Below are positions 26,034-38,579 of a stretch of 64,000 nucleotides of DNA, piece after piece. Source of the DNA: Mobula hypostoma (lineage: Eukaryota); the NCBI RefSeq assembly GCF_963921235.1, contig NC_086097.1, positions 46,750,001 through 46,814,000 on the forward strand, given 5' to 3'. Below the pieces are notes generated by a model, which saw nothing but the letters and a program-made list of their open reading frames with translations, did not search any database and was not told the DNA's origin. How positions within the stretch are numbered: position 1 is the stretch's first letter; every line of letters begins with the position of its first letter. The translations under genes and the position numbers were made by a program.

Positions 26034-26051
26034 TGGTGGCAGGAGTGGGAT
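26034..26051 (+). promoter_or_regulatory. Primer binding site, tRNA-Leu-like
   Basis: TGGTGGCAGGAGTGGGAT just after the LTR; close to the complement of vertebrate tRNA-Leu 3' ends (TGGTGTCAGGAGTGGGAT). Confidence 0.8.
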
Positions 26052-26465
26052 ACCTTCGTGACCCATCATGTGGCCAGCAATCCTAGCAGTCTATGTTGGT
26101 CAGTATTTTTCTGAAATAGCACTCACACTTGGATCTGTTCGGGTCAGTGGTACACAGGAACACGAGGTATCATGAATGCAAAGCGCTGAACTAGTAGATA
26201 TAAAAGTGGTGTGTGTGCATGCATGTGTGTTTATGTAAGTGAGAAAACTTTGTGTGTTAATTTGGTGAAATGGAGCCACCAGTTGCAAAAGGTGGTAACC
26301 AATGGTTCAGGATGCCAGAGCAGAGGCATGTATACTCGTTCGGGAAGCTGCATTTTAGTGTACACCGTTTTGCAAGTATGATGCAAAGGAATACAGCAGG
26401 CATCATGAGTTCAGGTGCTCAAAAGTGGCGGATTGTGGAATACATAACTCTGCGGTTTTAACTAT

Positions 26466-27443
26466 GTGCTGTTTAACTGGTACCCGTCTTTTATATTTTG
26501 CATAGTGTGGGAATTGGTGTGGGGATATCTCAGGGAGAGGTTTTACCCAGATAGATCTACCAGAATGGTACCTATTGAGGTCAAGCAACATCAGGTTGAG
26601 AACCCTGATGATCTGAGCCAGCCCTTGACTTTGATTACGACCATTCATAAGCCCTTCACCCCCGGGGAGAAACAGAGCATTTTGTCTGAGTTACCCTCAC
26701 TTAAAGTCGCATGTGCGAATTCTGAATCCTGGCGAAAGCCTGAGGGAATGGTTGAAATTCACCAGATGCACCCTAAAGATATACACGTGTTGGTAAAAGC
26801 GAAGTGCCCGAGGAATATGTGGGACAGGATGACACAGAAGATGCGGGATGGTACCTGGGCAACTATCGGGAATGCCAGCAAAGAAGGAGGATATCGCATT
26901 TTTAAAGGGGAAGTGAGGCAGTGACTGGGGGGAGGTGAGAATAACTGGGGAACAATAATGGCAGTAATTCAAAAAGCCGATGAGACAGCCATGGATTATG
27001 CAGAGCGTAAATATCGAGTGTACAAGGAGTATTCCGGGTTGGATAATCCAGGGAGGGATGACCACGTCTTCCTGAAAATGCTGAAGGAAGGCCTGAGCTC
27101 AGCCCACCAGGAAGTTTTAGATTTAGGCATAACGGTGGGGTCAACCTACTCTGCGATAGTTTCATGGGCCAGTGAGTTAGACCAAAGAAAGTGCAGGAGA
27201 AATCGTAAAGTGGCTATAGTTGATGCAGCTGTTGTGATGTCCCAGAAAGTTTGTTTTGCTTGCCAGCAGCTAGGGCACGAAGTGAGGAATTGCTGGAATA
27301 GACGTGGGAGGGTAAAGGAGTTGATATGCTACAGGTGCAGCCTTTTGGGAACTGGTTGGAGGCAGTGTCCAAAACAGAGGAAAGAAAAACAAGTGAACGT
27401 CACAGCAGACACGCAATCTCTCACCCACCAGTGCCCAGTCTGA
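26466..27443 (+). pseudogene. gag: gag (disrupted) with zinc knuckles
   Basis: QKADETAMDYAER (MHR-like), CFACQQLGHEVRNC and degenerate CYRC knuckle. Confidence 0.8.
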
Positions 27444-27529
27444 CCAATCTGACTGTCGATCAGATCATAGAGCGAGTAAAGATGGCTCCTAGGTCAGAAA
27501 AAGATGTGGCGGCGGGCCCCACTGCCAGC

Positions 27530-27860
27530 GCTGGAGACCCGCGGATGTACACAACAGCATTATTAAGGGGACGGCAATGCAATATGTTAGTGGACACAGG
27601 GACATCGGTATTGATAACAGAGTTACCCTTGCCAACAACCAGACAGGCCATTTATATTAGGAGTGTAGGATGGAAAACGGTGGAAGCAGAAAGAAGTGAG
27701 TCGCAAATACTAGAAATCGGGGGAGTGCAGCTTCCAGTGTACTCTGGGTTTGTCCAAATATCAAGAGCACTACCCTTGGAATAGACATCCTAAGGGAAGC
27801 AGGAGTTTTTATAGATTCGGGAAAGGGAGAAATAATATGGACAAGTCAGGGGCAGCGAAT
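27530..27860 (+). pseudogene. pro: Retroviral-type aspartic protease (disrupted)
   Basis: DPRMYTT...MLVDTGTSV; frameshifted LG.DIL motif near 27775. Confidence 0.75.
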
Positions 27861-27995
27861 GCGTACAACCAACAGAATACACAGCCTGGCTAGTATAGTC
27901 ACAGCTGCCCCGATCACCAGAGACTGGAGCCAGGATGGTGTCTATGGGTTACTTTGTCAGCAGTTCCCAGCAGTGTGGGCTACACACAAGCAAGA

Positions 27996-29419
27996 TGTCA
28001 TGGGGTGGGGGGGGGGTGCTGTTGGCGGACCCAAATGCAAGACACAGACACAGAAGTACTAGGAACAGGACTTGACTAGAGAGCTGGGACAAGAACACAG
28101 ATTTGGGCTGGGACATTGGCTAGGCAAGCGGGACCAGGACAAGGAGCTGGGAACTAGGAGCCCGGGCTTGGACTCCGAGCCGGATACTGGACAAGGACCC
28201 AGAACATGAGTCTTGACTCGGGCTTGGACCCCGGAACTAGGGAGGACATGACGTGGCTACAGGACTGGACGTGCTCTTGGGGACAGGACTAGGCGAGGCT
28301 ACGGGACAGAACAAGAGACTCCTAGGCAGGATAAGGGAACTCCAGCACAGGACGAGAACATGAAGCCTTGACTTGGTACTCAGAAACAGCCAAGCCTTGG
28401 ACTTGGGATGACAGGAACGCTGGATAGCCAGCGCCTGTTCCCCAGGTCTCAATGCAAGAGGACATGGCTTTAAGGTAAGGGGTGGGAAGTTCAAGGGGGG
28501 ATATTAGAGGAAGAATTTTTACTCAGAGAGTGGTTGGATTGTGGAATGCACTGCCTGAGTCAGTGGTGGAGGCAGATACACTTGTGAAGTTTAAGAGACT
28601 ACTAGACAGGTATATGGAGGATTTTAAGGTGGGGGGTTATATGGGAGACAGGGTTTGAGGGTCGGCACAACATTGTGGGCCGAAGGGCCTGTAATGCGCT
28701 GTACTATTCTATGTTCTATGTTCTATGTTCTAACACAGAGCCTTGGTCTTGGGGAGGACAGGAACACAGAGCCTTGGTCTAGAGCACGGGAACATGGAGC
28801 CCTGGACTTGAGAGACAGGAACACAGAGCCGGGACCCCTCCTTGGGAATAGGACTTGGGGCCGGGGCTCTACACAGAATGCTGAAGACAACGAGACAGTT
28901 CTCAACACTAGGTAGCAGCAAACGGCCAGACCTACCTAGCGAAGGCATAGACACAGAGATGGTTCCTAACACTAGGTAGTGGCAAATGGCCAGACCTTCC
29001 TAGCGAAGGTGTGGACACAGAGATGGTTCCAACTCAATGATAGACAGTTCCTTATCTTGACACAGCAAGGCTCCAGTCTCGCTTCAGTGGGAGAACTTGA
29101 CAAGGTTGCAGGGCAAGGCTCCAGAAGGAAGGGAAAGGGAAGGGAACAGTCCAGCCTCAGGGTAACAGCAAAGACAGCCTGGCTTACCCAACAGAGGCAA
29201 GGACAGATTCAACCACAGGGTAACAGCAAAGCCAGCCTGACTTACCCCACAGAGACGAGGACAGGATACTGACAAGACAGACCAGCAACCACACACGAAC
29301 CCAGGGCCACTTATATTCCCAGCCCCAAGACAAGCATCAGGTGCTTATGATTAAGCCCAACTGAAACAAGGGACAGCCGGAAGACCCGGAGTCCGGAGTC
29401 CACAGACCGGACCATGACA
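27996..29419 (-). mobile_element. Solo LTR (Gypsy-like, TGTCA...TGACA) nested in proviral pol
   Basis: TSD CAAGA at 27991-27995 and 29420-29424; removal restores VWATHKQDCGRI; family copies at 41867 and 55612. Confidence 0.85.
28437..28731 (+). mobile_element. CR1 3' end nested in the solo LTR
   Basis: RGHGFKV..FFTQRVVGLWNALP; (TTCTATG)n tail. Confidence 0.8.
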
Positions 29420-29745
29420 CAAGATTGTGGTCGAATAAAGATAAACCCAGTTAAAATAGAGGAGAGTCTGTATAAACCCCATAAGCAGTACCCTATAAAA
29501 ACTGACAGACTGGCAGCTATCTCGGGTATAGCGAAGGAACAAAAACACCAGGGGATACTCAGAGAGACTGCGGCCACTACTAACTCATCTGTATGGCCAG
29601 TAAAGCCCAGTGGATCATGCCTACATATTAACAATAGGCTATACTGCCCTTAAGACCATGCCGAGATTGCATCCCAGAGTGGGGGGCCCTGAAACGATCC
29701 TGAATGGCTTGTCTCCAGAACCTAAGGTTTTTCCAGTCCTTCCGA
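29420..29745 (+). pseudogene. pol: RT N-terminal remnant; remainder of RT and RNase H deleted
   Basis: KQYPIK...QGILRE...NSSVWPVKP.G..LTIGYTALK..P...ETIL..L...KVFPVL, then a jump to the integrase linker; no YxDD. Confidence 0.8.
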
Positions 29746-30308
29746 GGGCAGACATTATTGCAGGGGAACAAGAGGCAATTGAAATTGCAAGTGTGCAGGA
29801 AGAAACAACAGAAGTTGGTTTATTAAAATTATAAGAGGTGGAGACAGAAGAGAAGGAAAAATGGAGGAGAAAAGGGGCAAAGGAAGGACCAGACGGGGAG
29901 GCAAGAGTCGCGATGGCCCCATCCTGTATTAGACAGATACTATTGAAGTTATATCATGGGGCGATGCACCAGGGAAGGCAAAGCATGATCACAACCCTCT
30001 GGCAGGACTGGTGGTGGCCAGGGATGGGCAGGGATGTTGAGAAGTTCTGCCGCCGTTGTATCATTTGTGCCCAGCATAACCCTGGTAAGGGCAGAAAGCT
30101 ACAGCTTGCAAATCAGCCACGGCCGAGGGGACCCTGGGAAAACATCCAGATAGACTTCACAGGGCCCCTGCCAAAAAGCAGGGGGAAAAGCTACTGCCCA
30201 GTAATTATGCAAACAACAGGAATTCTGCAGATGCTGGAAATTCAAGCAACACACATAAAAGTTGCTGGTGAACGCAGCAGGCCAGGCAGCATCTCTAGGA
30301 AGAGGTGC

Positions 30309-30344
30309 AGTCGACGTTTCAGGCCGAGGCCCTTCATCAGGACT
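30309..30344 (-). ncRNA. Minimal type I hammerhead ribozyme motif, intact core
   Basis: Minus strand AGTC-CTGATGA-AGGGCCTCGGCCT-GAAA-C-GTC-GACT. Confidence 0.8.
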
Positions 30345-31193
30345 AACTGAAGGAAGAGTGAGTAAGGGATTTGCAAGTTGGAAGGGGAGGGGGAGATCCA
30401 AAATGATAGGAGACGACAGGAGGAGGAGGGATGGAGCCAAGAGCTGGACAGGTGATTGGCAAAAGGGATACGAGAGGATCATGGGACAGGAGGTCCGGGA
30501 AGAAAAACGGGGGGGGGACCCAGAGGATGGGCAAGGGGTATATTCAGAGGGACAAAGGGAGAAAAGGGAGAGTGAGAGAAAGAATGTGTGTATAAAAATA
30601 AGTAACAGATGGGGTACGAGGGGGAGGTGGGGCATTAGCGGAAGTTAGAGAAGTCGATGTTCACGCCATCAGGTTGGAGGCTACCCAGACGGAATATAAG
30701 GTGTTGTTCCTCCGACCTGACCAAGACTTCTCTAACTTCCGCTAACATTGACTTCTCTAACTTCCGCCAACATCGACTTCTCTAACTTCGCCAAGATGAA
30801 GCCACACTCAGGTTGGAGGAACAACACCTTATATTCCCTCTGGGTAGCCTCCAACCTGATGGCATGAACATCGACTTCTCTAACTTCCGCTAATGCCCCA
30901 CCTCCCCCTCGTACCCCATCTGTTACTTATTTTTATACACACATTCTTTCTCTCACTCTCCTTTTTCTCCCTCTGTCCCTCTGACTATACCCCTTGCCCA
31001 TCCTCTGGGCTTTTCCCCCCCTCCCCCTTTTCCTTCTCCCTGGGCCTCCTGTCCCATGATCCTCTCATATCCCTTTTGCCAATCACCTGTCCAGCTCTTG
31101 GCTCTATCCCTCCCCCTCCTGTCTTCTCCTATCATTTTGGATCTCCCCCTCCCCCTCCCACTTTCAAATCTCTTACTAGCTCTTCCTTCAGTT

Positions 31194-31229
31194 AGTCCTG
31201 ACGAAGGGTCTCGGTCTGAAACGTCGACT
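31194..31229 (+). ncRNA. Minimal type I hammerhead ribozyme motif, intact core
   Basis: AGTC-CTGACGA-AGGGTCTCGGTCT-GAAA-C-GTC-GACT. Confidence 0.78.
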
Positions 31230-32904
31230 GCACCTCTTCCTAGAGATGCTGCCTGGCCTGCTGCGTTCACCAACAACTTTTATGTGTATTGCCCAGTAAT
31301 TATGGATCACTTCACCCGGTGGGTGGAGGCTTTCCCAACAAGGGACTGCACCACCCGCACCGCTGCATGGCTCCTAGTTCAGGAAATCCTCTCAAGGTGG
31401 GGAACCCCAGTTCAGGTGGATTCAGATCAGGGAGCACATTTCACAGGGAAAGTGATGAAGGAAATGTGCCGACTGCCAGAGATTCGACAGCGGTTCCACA
31501 TACCCTACCACCCCCAGAGTTCAGGGATGGTAGAAAGGATGAACCGAACAATCAAGAATGCATTAACCAAAGCTATAGCTGAGACAGGAAAGACATGGAA
31601 TGATGTATTACCAGGAATCCTAATGAGATTGCGCGCAACCCCAAACTACACGCTGGGTCTCAGCCCCTACGAACTGTTGATGGAGCGAGCAATGCAACTC
31701 CCCTGTGGGGTAATTACGGGTTGCTGGGAGCCTGGGGCTTACAGGGATAGAATGACACAATATGTGAAAGACCTTAAAGTGTTGAAGGACCAAGCAAAAT
31801 AACAGCAGCGAATCGCTGATCAGAAAGAGCCAGAGGGAAAGGGGATAGTCCTTCCACAGTCCGGTGACCAAGTTATGGGGAGGGTGCTGCCAGAAAGGCC
31901 AGGGTTTGCCCGCAGGTGGATAGGACCATAGATGGTACTCTTAACCAATGATACGTATATCTATGTACAGACTCGGCGAGGCAGCCAGTGGAAACACTGG
32001 ACTCAGGTTAAAGCATACAACTCACCTTCTTGTTGCTCCTACAGACAGAATGGGGAACCAAGTGTACCCAGTAACCGTGTAATTACAGAGAACCTAAGAG
32101 AGGAACACCAGCTGACCATGGCAGACCTGACCACAGCTGATGAAAACATACTCGGAGAAAACGCCAAGGCAGAAAACGCTGAGAGCGTGGCAGAAGACAC
32201 TGAGAGCATGTTGGAAATCCATGAACATTCTGCTAAGGTGTGATGATGATGGTACTCGGTAAGGAAGGCTGGTTGCTAAAGGTAGATAATTAGTTTAATA
32301 GCATAGAATAGAAAAATATTGGAAAATAGATGGGGAGGGATTTTTAAGTTAAAGCAGAGGCAGCAAGTTCCACAATTTCAATGGCATTTCAGACTGCACT
32401 CGGCATCTGAAAGCAATCACACCCAGTCTGAGGAGCTGGGCCCTTTTCAGCAGTTGGGCCAGTGATTGACCGGACAGTTAGGAAGGGGGTGCCACCGGGG
32501 AGAGGTCCCTACAGGCATTTACGTAGAGGCCACCCCAACCCCTTCCGGTACATCGATGAGAGGGCCTGTGGGTGCTCCTGCAAAGAGAGTTTCAGCAACC
32601 AGAGAACAAAGAGCTGAAGACAAAGGAAAGTGATGAAGCTGCAATCAGACTGCAGGGAAAGATCCGACAGGCACACGAAAGAAGCCGCATTTCTAAAGAC
32701 TTGTTCAAATTTCTGGAACAGCCTCTCTGCTTAATATTTGGTAGGTAGCAATTAGGGATGGATACGGTAGATATCGAGGCACACAAAAATTGGGGGGATA
32801 ATTCTGAGGCAGGGCGTTTTTGCTGCCCTATTTGAGTAGATCCTCCTAGTTTGGCCTTTCCTGGTACAAATTTATTTTTGTCCAGGAGGGCCAAGAGGAA
32901 GGAC

Positions 32905-33468
32905 TGTTAGAGTAAGTTTTGGGGTTAGGTCATTTACACTTAGCAAATGGCTTCGGCCACCAGTCTTCTGTTCCTAAAAGCTGTGAATACCAGAATCCCA
33001 GTCCATTTGTAACAAAGTATTTCCTAAAAGCTGTGATTACCAGAATCCCAGTCCAGACGCTGCTGGTGCCTGTGGGATGGATGTAAGCCAGAAGCTGTGA
33101 GGTTTGCATGTAGTTTCAAAGACAGCATTATCTATGCTTTGTAAGTATGGATTGTCCTTCATGTTAAGCACATAAAATACCAAATAAATGTACTTTGGAT
33201 TCAATTTGGAACAATGAATTCCTGAATACCAGTCCAGATGCTGCTGGTGTGAAGTTTTGTATGTAGCTTCAAAAGAAAGCATTGTCTATACTTTGTAAAT
33301 ATGGATTGCCCTTTGTGTTTAGCAAATAAGTATCCAGCCCCACACAGGGCCAGCAGACCTTTCCATCAAAAGTGTCTCAATGCCTGCTGTACCTTGTTTT
33401 GTCGAATAAAGAAGCTGCTTTGTATCTACCAGTAACATTCTCTGTGGTGATTTCATTCATGCAACACA
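32905..33468 (+). repeat. 3' LTR, preceded by polypurine tract
   Basis: PPT AGGAGGGCCAAGAGGAAGGAC ending 32904; TGTTAG...CA; diverged copy of the 5' LTR. Confidence 0.92.
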
Positions 33469-33891
33469 GGAACTAAGCAAAGGAGACAAAGGAGCATGTG
33501 ATTCAGGATCTCTACACACAATCTTGATTTGACAAATACTTCAGAGTAAGCTACAGTGAGTTTTCTTCATAACATTGAAATTAACACAGAGAGCGTATAG
33601 CTGGACTTGTATAGTGTTATGTTTAGTAACTTCAGCAATTAATTGAAAGAAAAACACAAGAGTCAGGGATACTTGCATTGTTTTTTTCTGTAGTGAGGCA
33701 AGAACATACAACATCACTAAAATACTACTAAACTATTGCATACACTGCATATAACATTAATTTCATAAATGGAAATGCTGTGCAGCAACAACCCTTCAAG
33801 ATAGAAGTGTAAATACACTCAGAAAGTTAATCTGTTCAAAACTTGATGCCATTGACCTAATTATTAATCTTGCTCCATTTAATGTTGGCTG

Positions 33892-34746
33892 TGTTACGAG
33901 AATACACATAAAATTAAGATGTTTGCTGGCCTGGGCTAGCATCAGTGGCATCAGCAGTTGGTCTGCCACCTGCCCTCAGGGGAAGGAGAGATAAGGAACA
34001 ATGGAGCAGCGTCTGGAGATGTGTAATGAAGGGATGTGGGAGGAAGAGCTGTCTGGAGCGGCTCCCCCCTTTGAACCCTGAACTGTTTGAAGTGATGGAC
34101 AGGCGATACCCCAGCAGGGGGATAAAAAGGGACAGGTTCGCTAAGACAGACACACACGCCACCCGAGGTAACGAGACCCTGGAAGCGGTACGCTTCTCAC
34201 GAGTGGGTGGAAAGGTACGATCAGCGGGAACCCGGTGTGTGTCCGCCCTTGCCTGGGTGCCGGGTTCACTGCAGAGGATCGACCGCATCTGGAGGAGGGG
34301 TCACAGTCGGTGACCTCAGGTGACATCACCAAGGACCCGCCCAAAAAGCTGTTTGTGAGCCATCTCGCTGGTCTGTGAGCCATCCTGCTGGTCTGTGAGT
34401 GAAGCCGTTCTGAATGATGAGTTGTTCCTATTCTATCTCTCTCTTCCCCCACATTGTCCACCGCCATGGCAACGATTACTGCGAACTGAACTACTAAACT
34501 GGACTGAACTTTGAGTCATTTTGAAATTGGTCATTTACCCCTAGACAACGATAGAGCTTGATTGATGCTGTTATCTTAATTCTGTGCACATGTGTGTTTA
34601 TCATCACTGAACTGTTGCATTTATTATCCTTTCGATTACTGTGTTGCTTGTTTCCTTAATAAAACTTTCTTAGTTCTAGTACTCCAGACTCCAACTGAGT
34701 GATCCATTTCTGCTGGTTTGGCAACCCAGTTACGGGGTACGTAACA
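33892..34746 (+). mobile_element. Solo LTR, CpG-retaining (probably young)
   Basis: TGTTACG...CGTAACA ends, 4-bp TSD GCTG (33888-33891, 34747-34750), AATAAA near 34658. Confidence 0.88.
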
Positions 34747-36819
34747 GCTGTGACTTGCTAGTTTCGGGTCAACAATGTGAATTGTAATGGGGTTGAACAT
34801 TATAATTTGTAGTATTAAATTGATAGCATGGAATACATATAAATAATTAATATTTCAGATTAATTTATGATTATTGTGAAAAATTCATTTTCTCTGATGT
34901 AAAGTGTGTGTGAATTTTCCCCAAAATAAATTAAACATATCTGGTGATATTTACCAAAAGAAAAAGTAGAAGTGAGACTAAGTGAGACTTCTCCATCTCT
35001 AACTACTAAAAAATGAAATTAAAAAGTAGAAGAAATATTTCCTTAAATGTTCAAATTTTTTGAGTACAGTAATACTAGACAACAATTTATTTCAGAAGTT
35101 TTGCTTCCTCATTGATTTTTTTGATTTATGGTAGACCACTTAAAGTTGAACACAAGTGCAATTTTAGACTACTTGTATCATGTAGGAATTTGGAGAAACA
35201 AGAAATTAACTTTCATTGACTATAGCACGCTTAATTGCATAAAGGATACAATTGCTGATGCTTTGCAATAGCTCATCTAAGCTAAAGATGTTCTGTTGAC
35301 GATTTTCATTTGCACTCAGTTCTGAGGCTTCTTGCTTAAATGTCCAACAGACTTTATGTTTTTAGTTCACCTCTGAAACAGATTGTTTTGCATCCTGATA
35401 GATTTAGCTGAAATGGAAATATTTTGAAAATCAGTCCGTGAGATCATACTCATGCTTCACATGGAAATGCATGGTATTAAAGTATTGGTACATTAGAGGA
35501 CCAGTATTACACAGTTACAGATTGAGGAGAGGGTTAGGTGGACAATCAAACATCTCACTTTTTCCAGAAATTGAGTTATGGGCACCCAGCAGCTCTCTTT
35601 GTTAGGGAGACACATTAAAGCCTCTTTTAGACAATTGGCCAGATTTCTAGTGGTCCAATTTGCCATACACTTTAGTGATTTGATAAGCCTGGTGTGCTGC
35701 AACTGACAATGACCCTTCTGTGGGTGGTATAAGTGAGAATCCATAGGGCACTGCAACAGTGTTTTTCCTTGTTTTTTTTTTATTTCACGAAGTTAAATCA
35801 ACATCTCTTCTTTTCATGTGGGGAATACAAGCAAAATGGAAGCAGAGTGAGTCACTGCTCCTTTGGGGGGAAATAGTAAATCACTGGAGTAAGTCACACA
35901 GCTCCTGCTCCTCTGTCCAATGAGATAGTGCCTCACATTCACTTCTGCCAGAGTATCATGTTCTGTCTGCTGTTCCACAGAATCTGTTGATCTCTGCAAG
36001 GGTCCAAAAAAACAGCCTTCAATGTATTTAGTGGTGAGGAGAAATCTAGTCTGCCCAGTAAGTTTCACAGCCTGTTTGTTCACCTCTTTTCCTTGAAAAA
36101 TCTCAGCAAATTTAATCTGAAAATTAAACACACGGACAACAATAAGTGACAAAATAGACAGCACATAAGAACATAGAGACAGAAGCAAGAGTAGACAATT
36201 CCGTCTCTCATTTTGGTACTGCTAATCAATAAGACCATTGCTGATACCTTTTCTCAGCACGATTTTCCTGCACGATCCAATATCATTCAACTTCCTTAAT
36301 AGTTAAAATTCTGACAAGCACCAAAATAGGCGCAATGGTATTATAGCTCTGGGTGTCGGAGTTCAGAGTTCAACTTTGACATCAACCGTAAGAAGTTTGT
36401 ACTTCCTCCCTGTAAAAGCATGAGTTTCATCCAGGAGCTCCAGTTTCCTCCCACAGTCCAAAGACATATCAGTCAGTAGGTTAATTGGTCATTGTAAGTT
36501 CTCCCGTGATTAGGCTAGGGTTATATAGGTGGGTTGCTGGCTGCATGGCTTGAAGGGCTGGAAATGACTATTCCGTGCTGTATCTCTAAATAAATAAATG
36601 TATGTGTTCAGTACAGCACGATTGGCTGGAGAATTCCGAGGATTCACCAGTTTCTGTGTGCCGAAATTCATTCCTATCTCAATGCTAAATGACCTATCCT
36701 TTATTGCGGCTGAGGCTCCATAAACCCAGCGACAGTATAAATAGACCTGTATCTGCTTCATGAGATTTTGTGCATTCTAACCAGGTCACCTGTCATTTAA
36801 GAGGTTAGTTATGGCATGA

Positions 36820-37310
36820 ATCTACTCCCGCCTCAGAGATGACCTGGATCCACTTCAATTTGCCTAGCCACAAAATGGAGAACAGAAGATTCTATTTCTC
36901 TCTCTCTTTACTCTGCTCTAGACAATTTGGACAACTGAAACTCATACTTTAGGCTGCTGTTCATTGACTATAGCTTGGCATTCATCACAATCACTCCACC
37001 CAAACTCATCCTCAAGCTTCAAATCCTGAGCCTCTGTACCTCCAGCTACAACTGGAAACTCATCAGCAAACCTCACTCAATGAGGATCGGTAACAGAATC
37101 TCCTCCTTGCTGGTCATCAACACAGGTGCAGCTCAAGGCTACATGCTTAGCCCACTGCTTTACTGTTTGCACACACAACACTCTGTGGCTAAGCAGAGTT
37201 CCAATACCATATAAAATTCATTGACAACATCGCAATTAAAGATGGTGATGATTCAGTGTACAGGACATCTGGTTGATTGGTGCCGCAGTAACAACTTCTT
37301 GCTCAACCCG
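36820..37310 (+). mobile_element. Rex1/Babar-type RT fragment, old
   Basis: LDPLQFA, LLFIDYS.AF, NTGAAQGYMLSPLLY. Confidence 0.65.
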
Positions 37311-38579
37311 CATCAGTGTCTCTCACTCCGGACTTGGGCCATATCCACACCGTGGTGACACTGTTTTGGAGATACAACTGTTCACAGTTTTCAAAAATAA
37401 CTCAGAAGGGTTAGAAAACAGATCTACCAATGACACAAAAGTATTGTCATAAAAGAACCAGAGGGAAACACAAAAATAACAAAGCTATGAGGCAAGATTG
37501 TTTAACTCATATACTGCCATACCTGCCCCTATTAACCATCTCTTCATGCCAGTAGATGGGGCAGACAGATCTACTGCCTTGCCATTGAGAGCCGAATCAG
37601 TCCAATGGGGAATCTCTCCATTAAATGATGCAGGATCCACTGTGAATTTTTGCAATTTTGGACTCTAAGTGATAGAGGGTCTCAAAGAGTAGGTATGGGT
37701 TTCCACCCCGTGGAATATCAGTGCTGCGTAACTCAGGAGACTGGTTCCAAAAACTACACTTAAGAAAATATATTTTAAGCACTAAGGTTTTAAAACAAGA
37801 TAGAATTTTACAGATTTTTGGGGGTTTCGTACACAGACCCTGTTGTGTATTCAATATTGGGTCTTTAGTATTTTTTGGAACACAGACCATTTCAAGACTT
37901 AGTTCTCAAGAATATATTAAATCATGGTTAACATTAATGACAGTTAAAAAGCCTCCTAAATCCAAAGAAAGGAGGATGGCAAGTCAGGAATCAATGTTAT
38001 TCATATTGCAGTTTAATTTTAGAATCAGTAAGGTTTCTGGAACTCATCCAACCCAGTTAAAATAACAAGAGATCACCATAGAGGACAGAGACTATTACAG
38101 GAATTACTTTGATTCCAGGAAACCACTGTTAGTGTTTTGTGGAATATTTTGCATATGTTATTCTGAAGTCCTTAATCTTTTATGGTCTTTTTGGAGATGG
38201 TGTGGAAGGTCAGATTAGTTGTGTTCTTCATCATGAAACAAGTGGTCATTCTTAAATCATATATCTGCTTATACACACAAGACACTGGTCAATTGCATTC
38301 CCTGCACAGGGGGTAATGAATAGTTGATGTTTTGCGCTGAGATTCTTCATTGGGTCTGCAAAGGAAGAGAGCAGAAGCTCGAATAAAAGTTTAGGGGAAT
38401 GGAGAATAGATAACTGAGATTGTGCAAGGTTATATTCTGTATTTACTAGTCTATGTGTCTGACAACCAGAATATCATCAAAACAGGGTTTTATAATATGT
38501 AGATTAACAGGAGGATGTTGATTCAGGATGGGACTTACAATAATGTTATGGAGGATCCAGTGTGCAGGATTAAAAGAGA

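Larger units (their letters stand above)
30210..31289. mobile_element. Inverted pair of PLE 3' ends inserted as one unit
   Basis: Minus arm 30210-30720, plus arm 30795-31289; 15-bp TSD TGCCCAGTAATTATG at 30195-30209 and 31290-31304. Confidence 0.92.
29838..32020 (+). pseudogene. pol: Integrase (HHCC, DDE, GPY-like C-terminus) split by PLE insertion 30210-31289
   Basis: YHGAMH..CIIC, QIDFTGPLP, DHFTRWVEAFPT, SDQGAHF, YHPQSSGMVERMN, RWIGP*MVLLT. Confidence 0.92.
25437..33468 (+). mobile_element. Endogenous retrovirus-like LTR element, defective (gag-pro-deleted RT-IN, no env seen)
   Basis: Paired LTRs, TSD GGAAC (25432-25436, 33469-33473), PBS, PPT, gag CCHC, protease DTG, integrase. Confidence 0.92.

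Noticed and set aside
32020..32904. Possible env or accessory gene between integrase and 3' LTR
   Set aside because: No long ORF, signal peptide, furin site or TM segment visible; ORF 31932-32243 starts as the integrase C-terminus
33914..34467. ORFs of 108-124 aa
   Set aside because: Lie inside a solo LTR with no recognisable protein motifs
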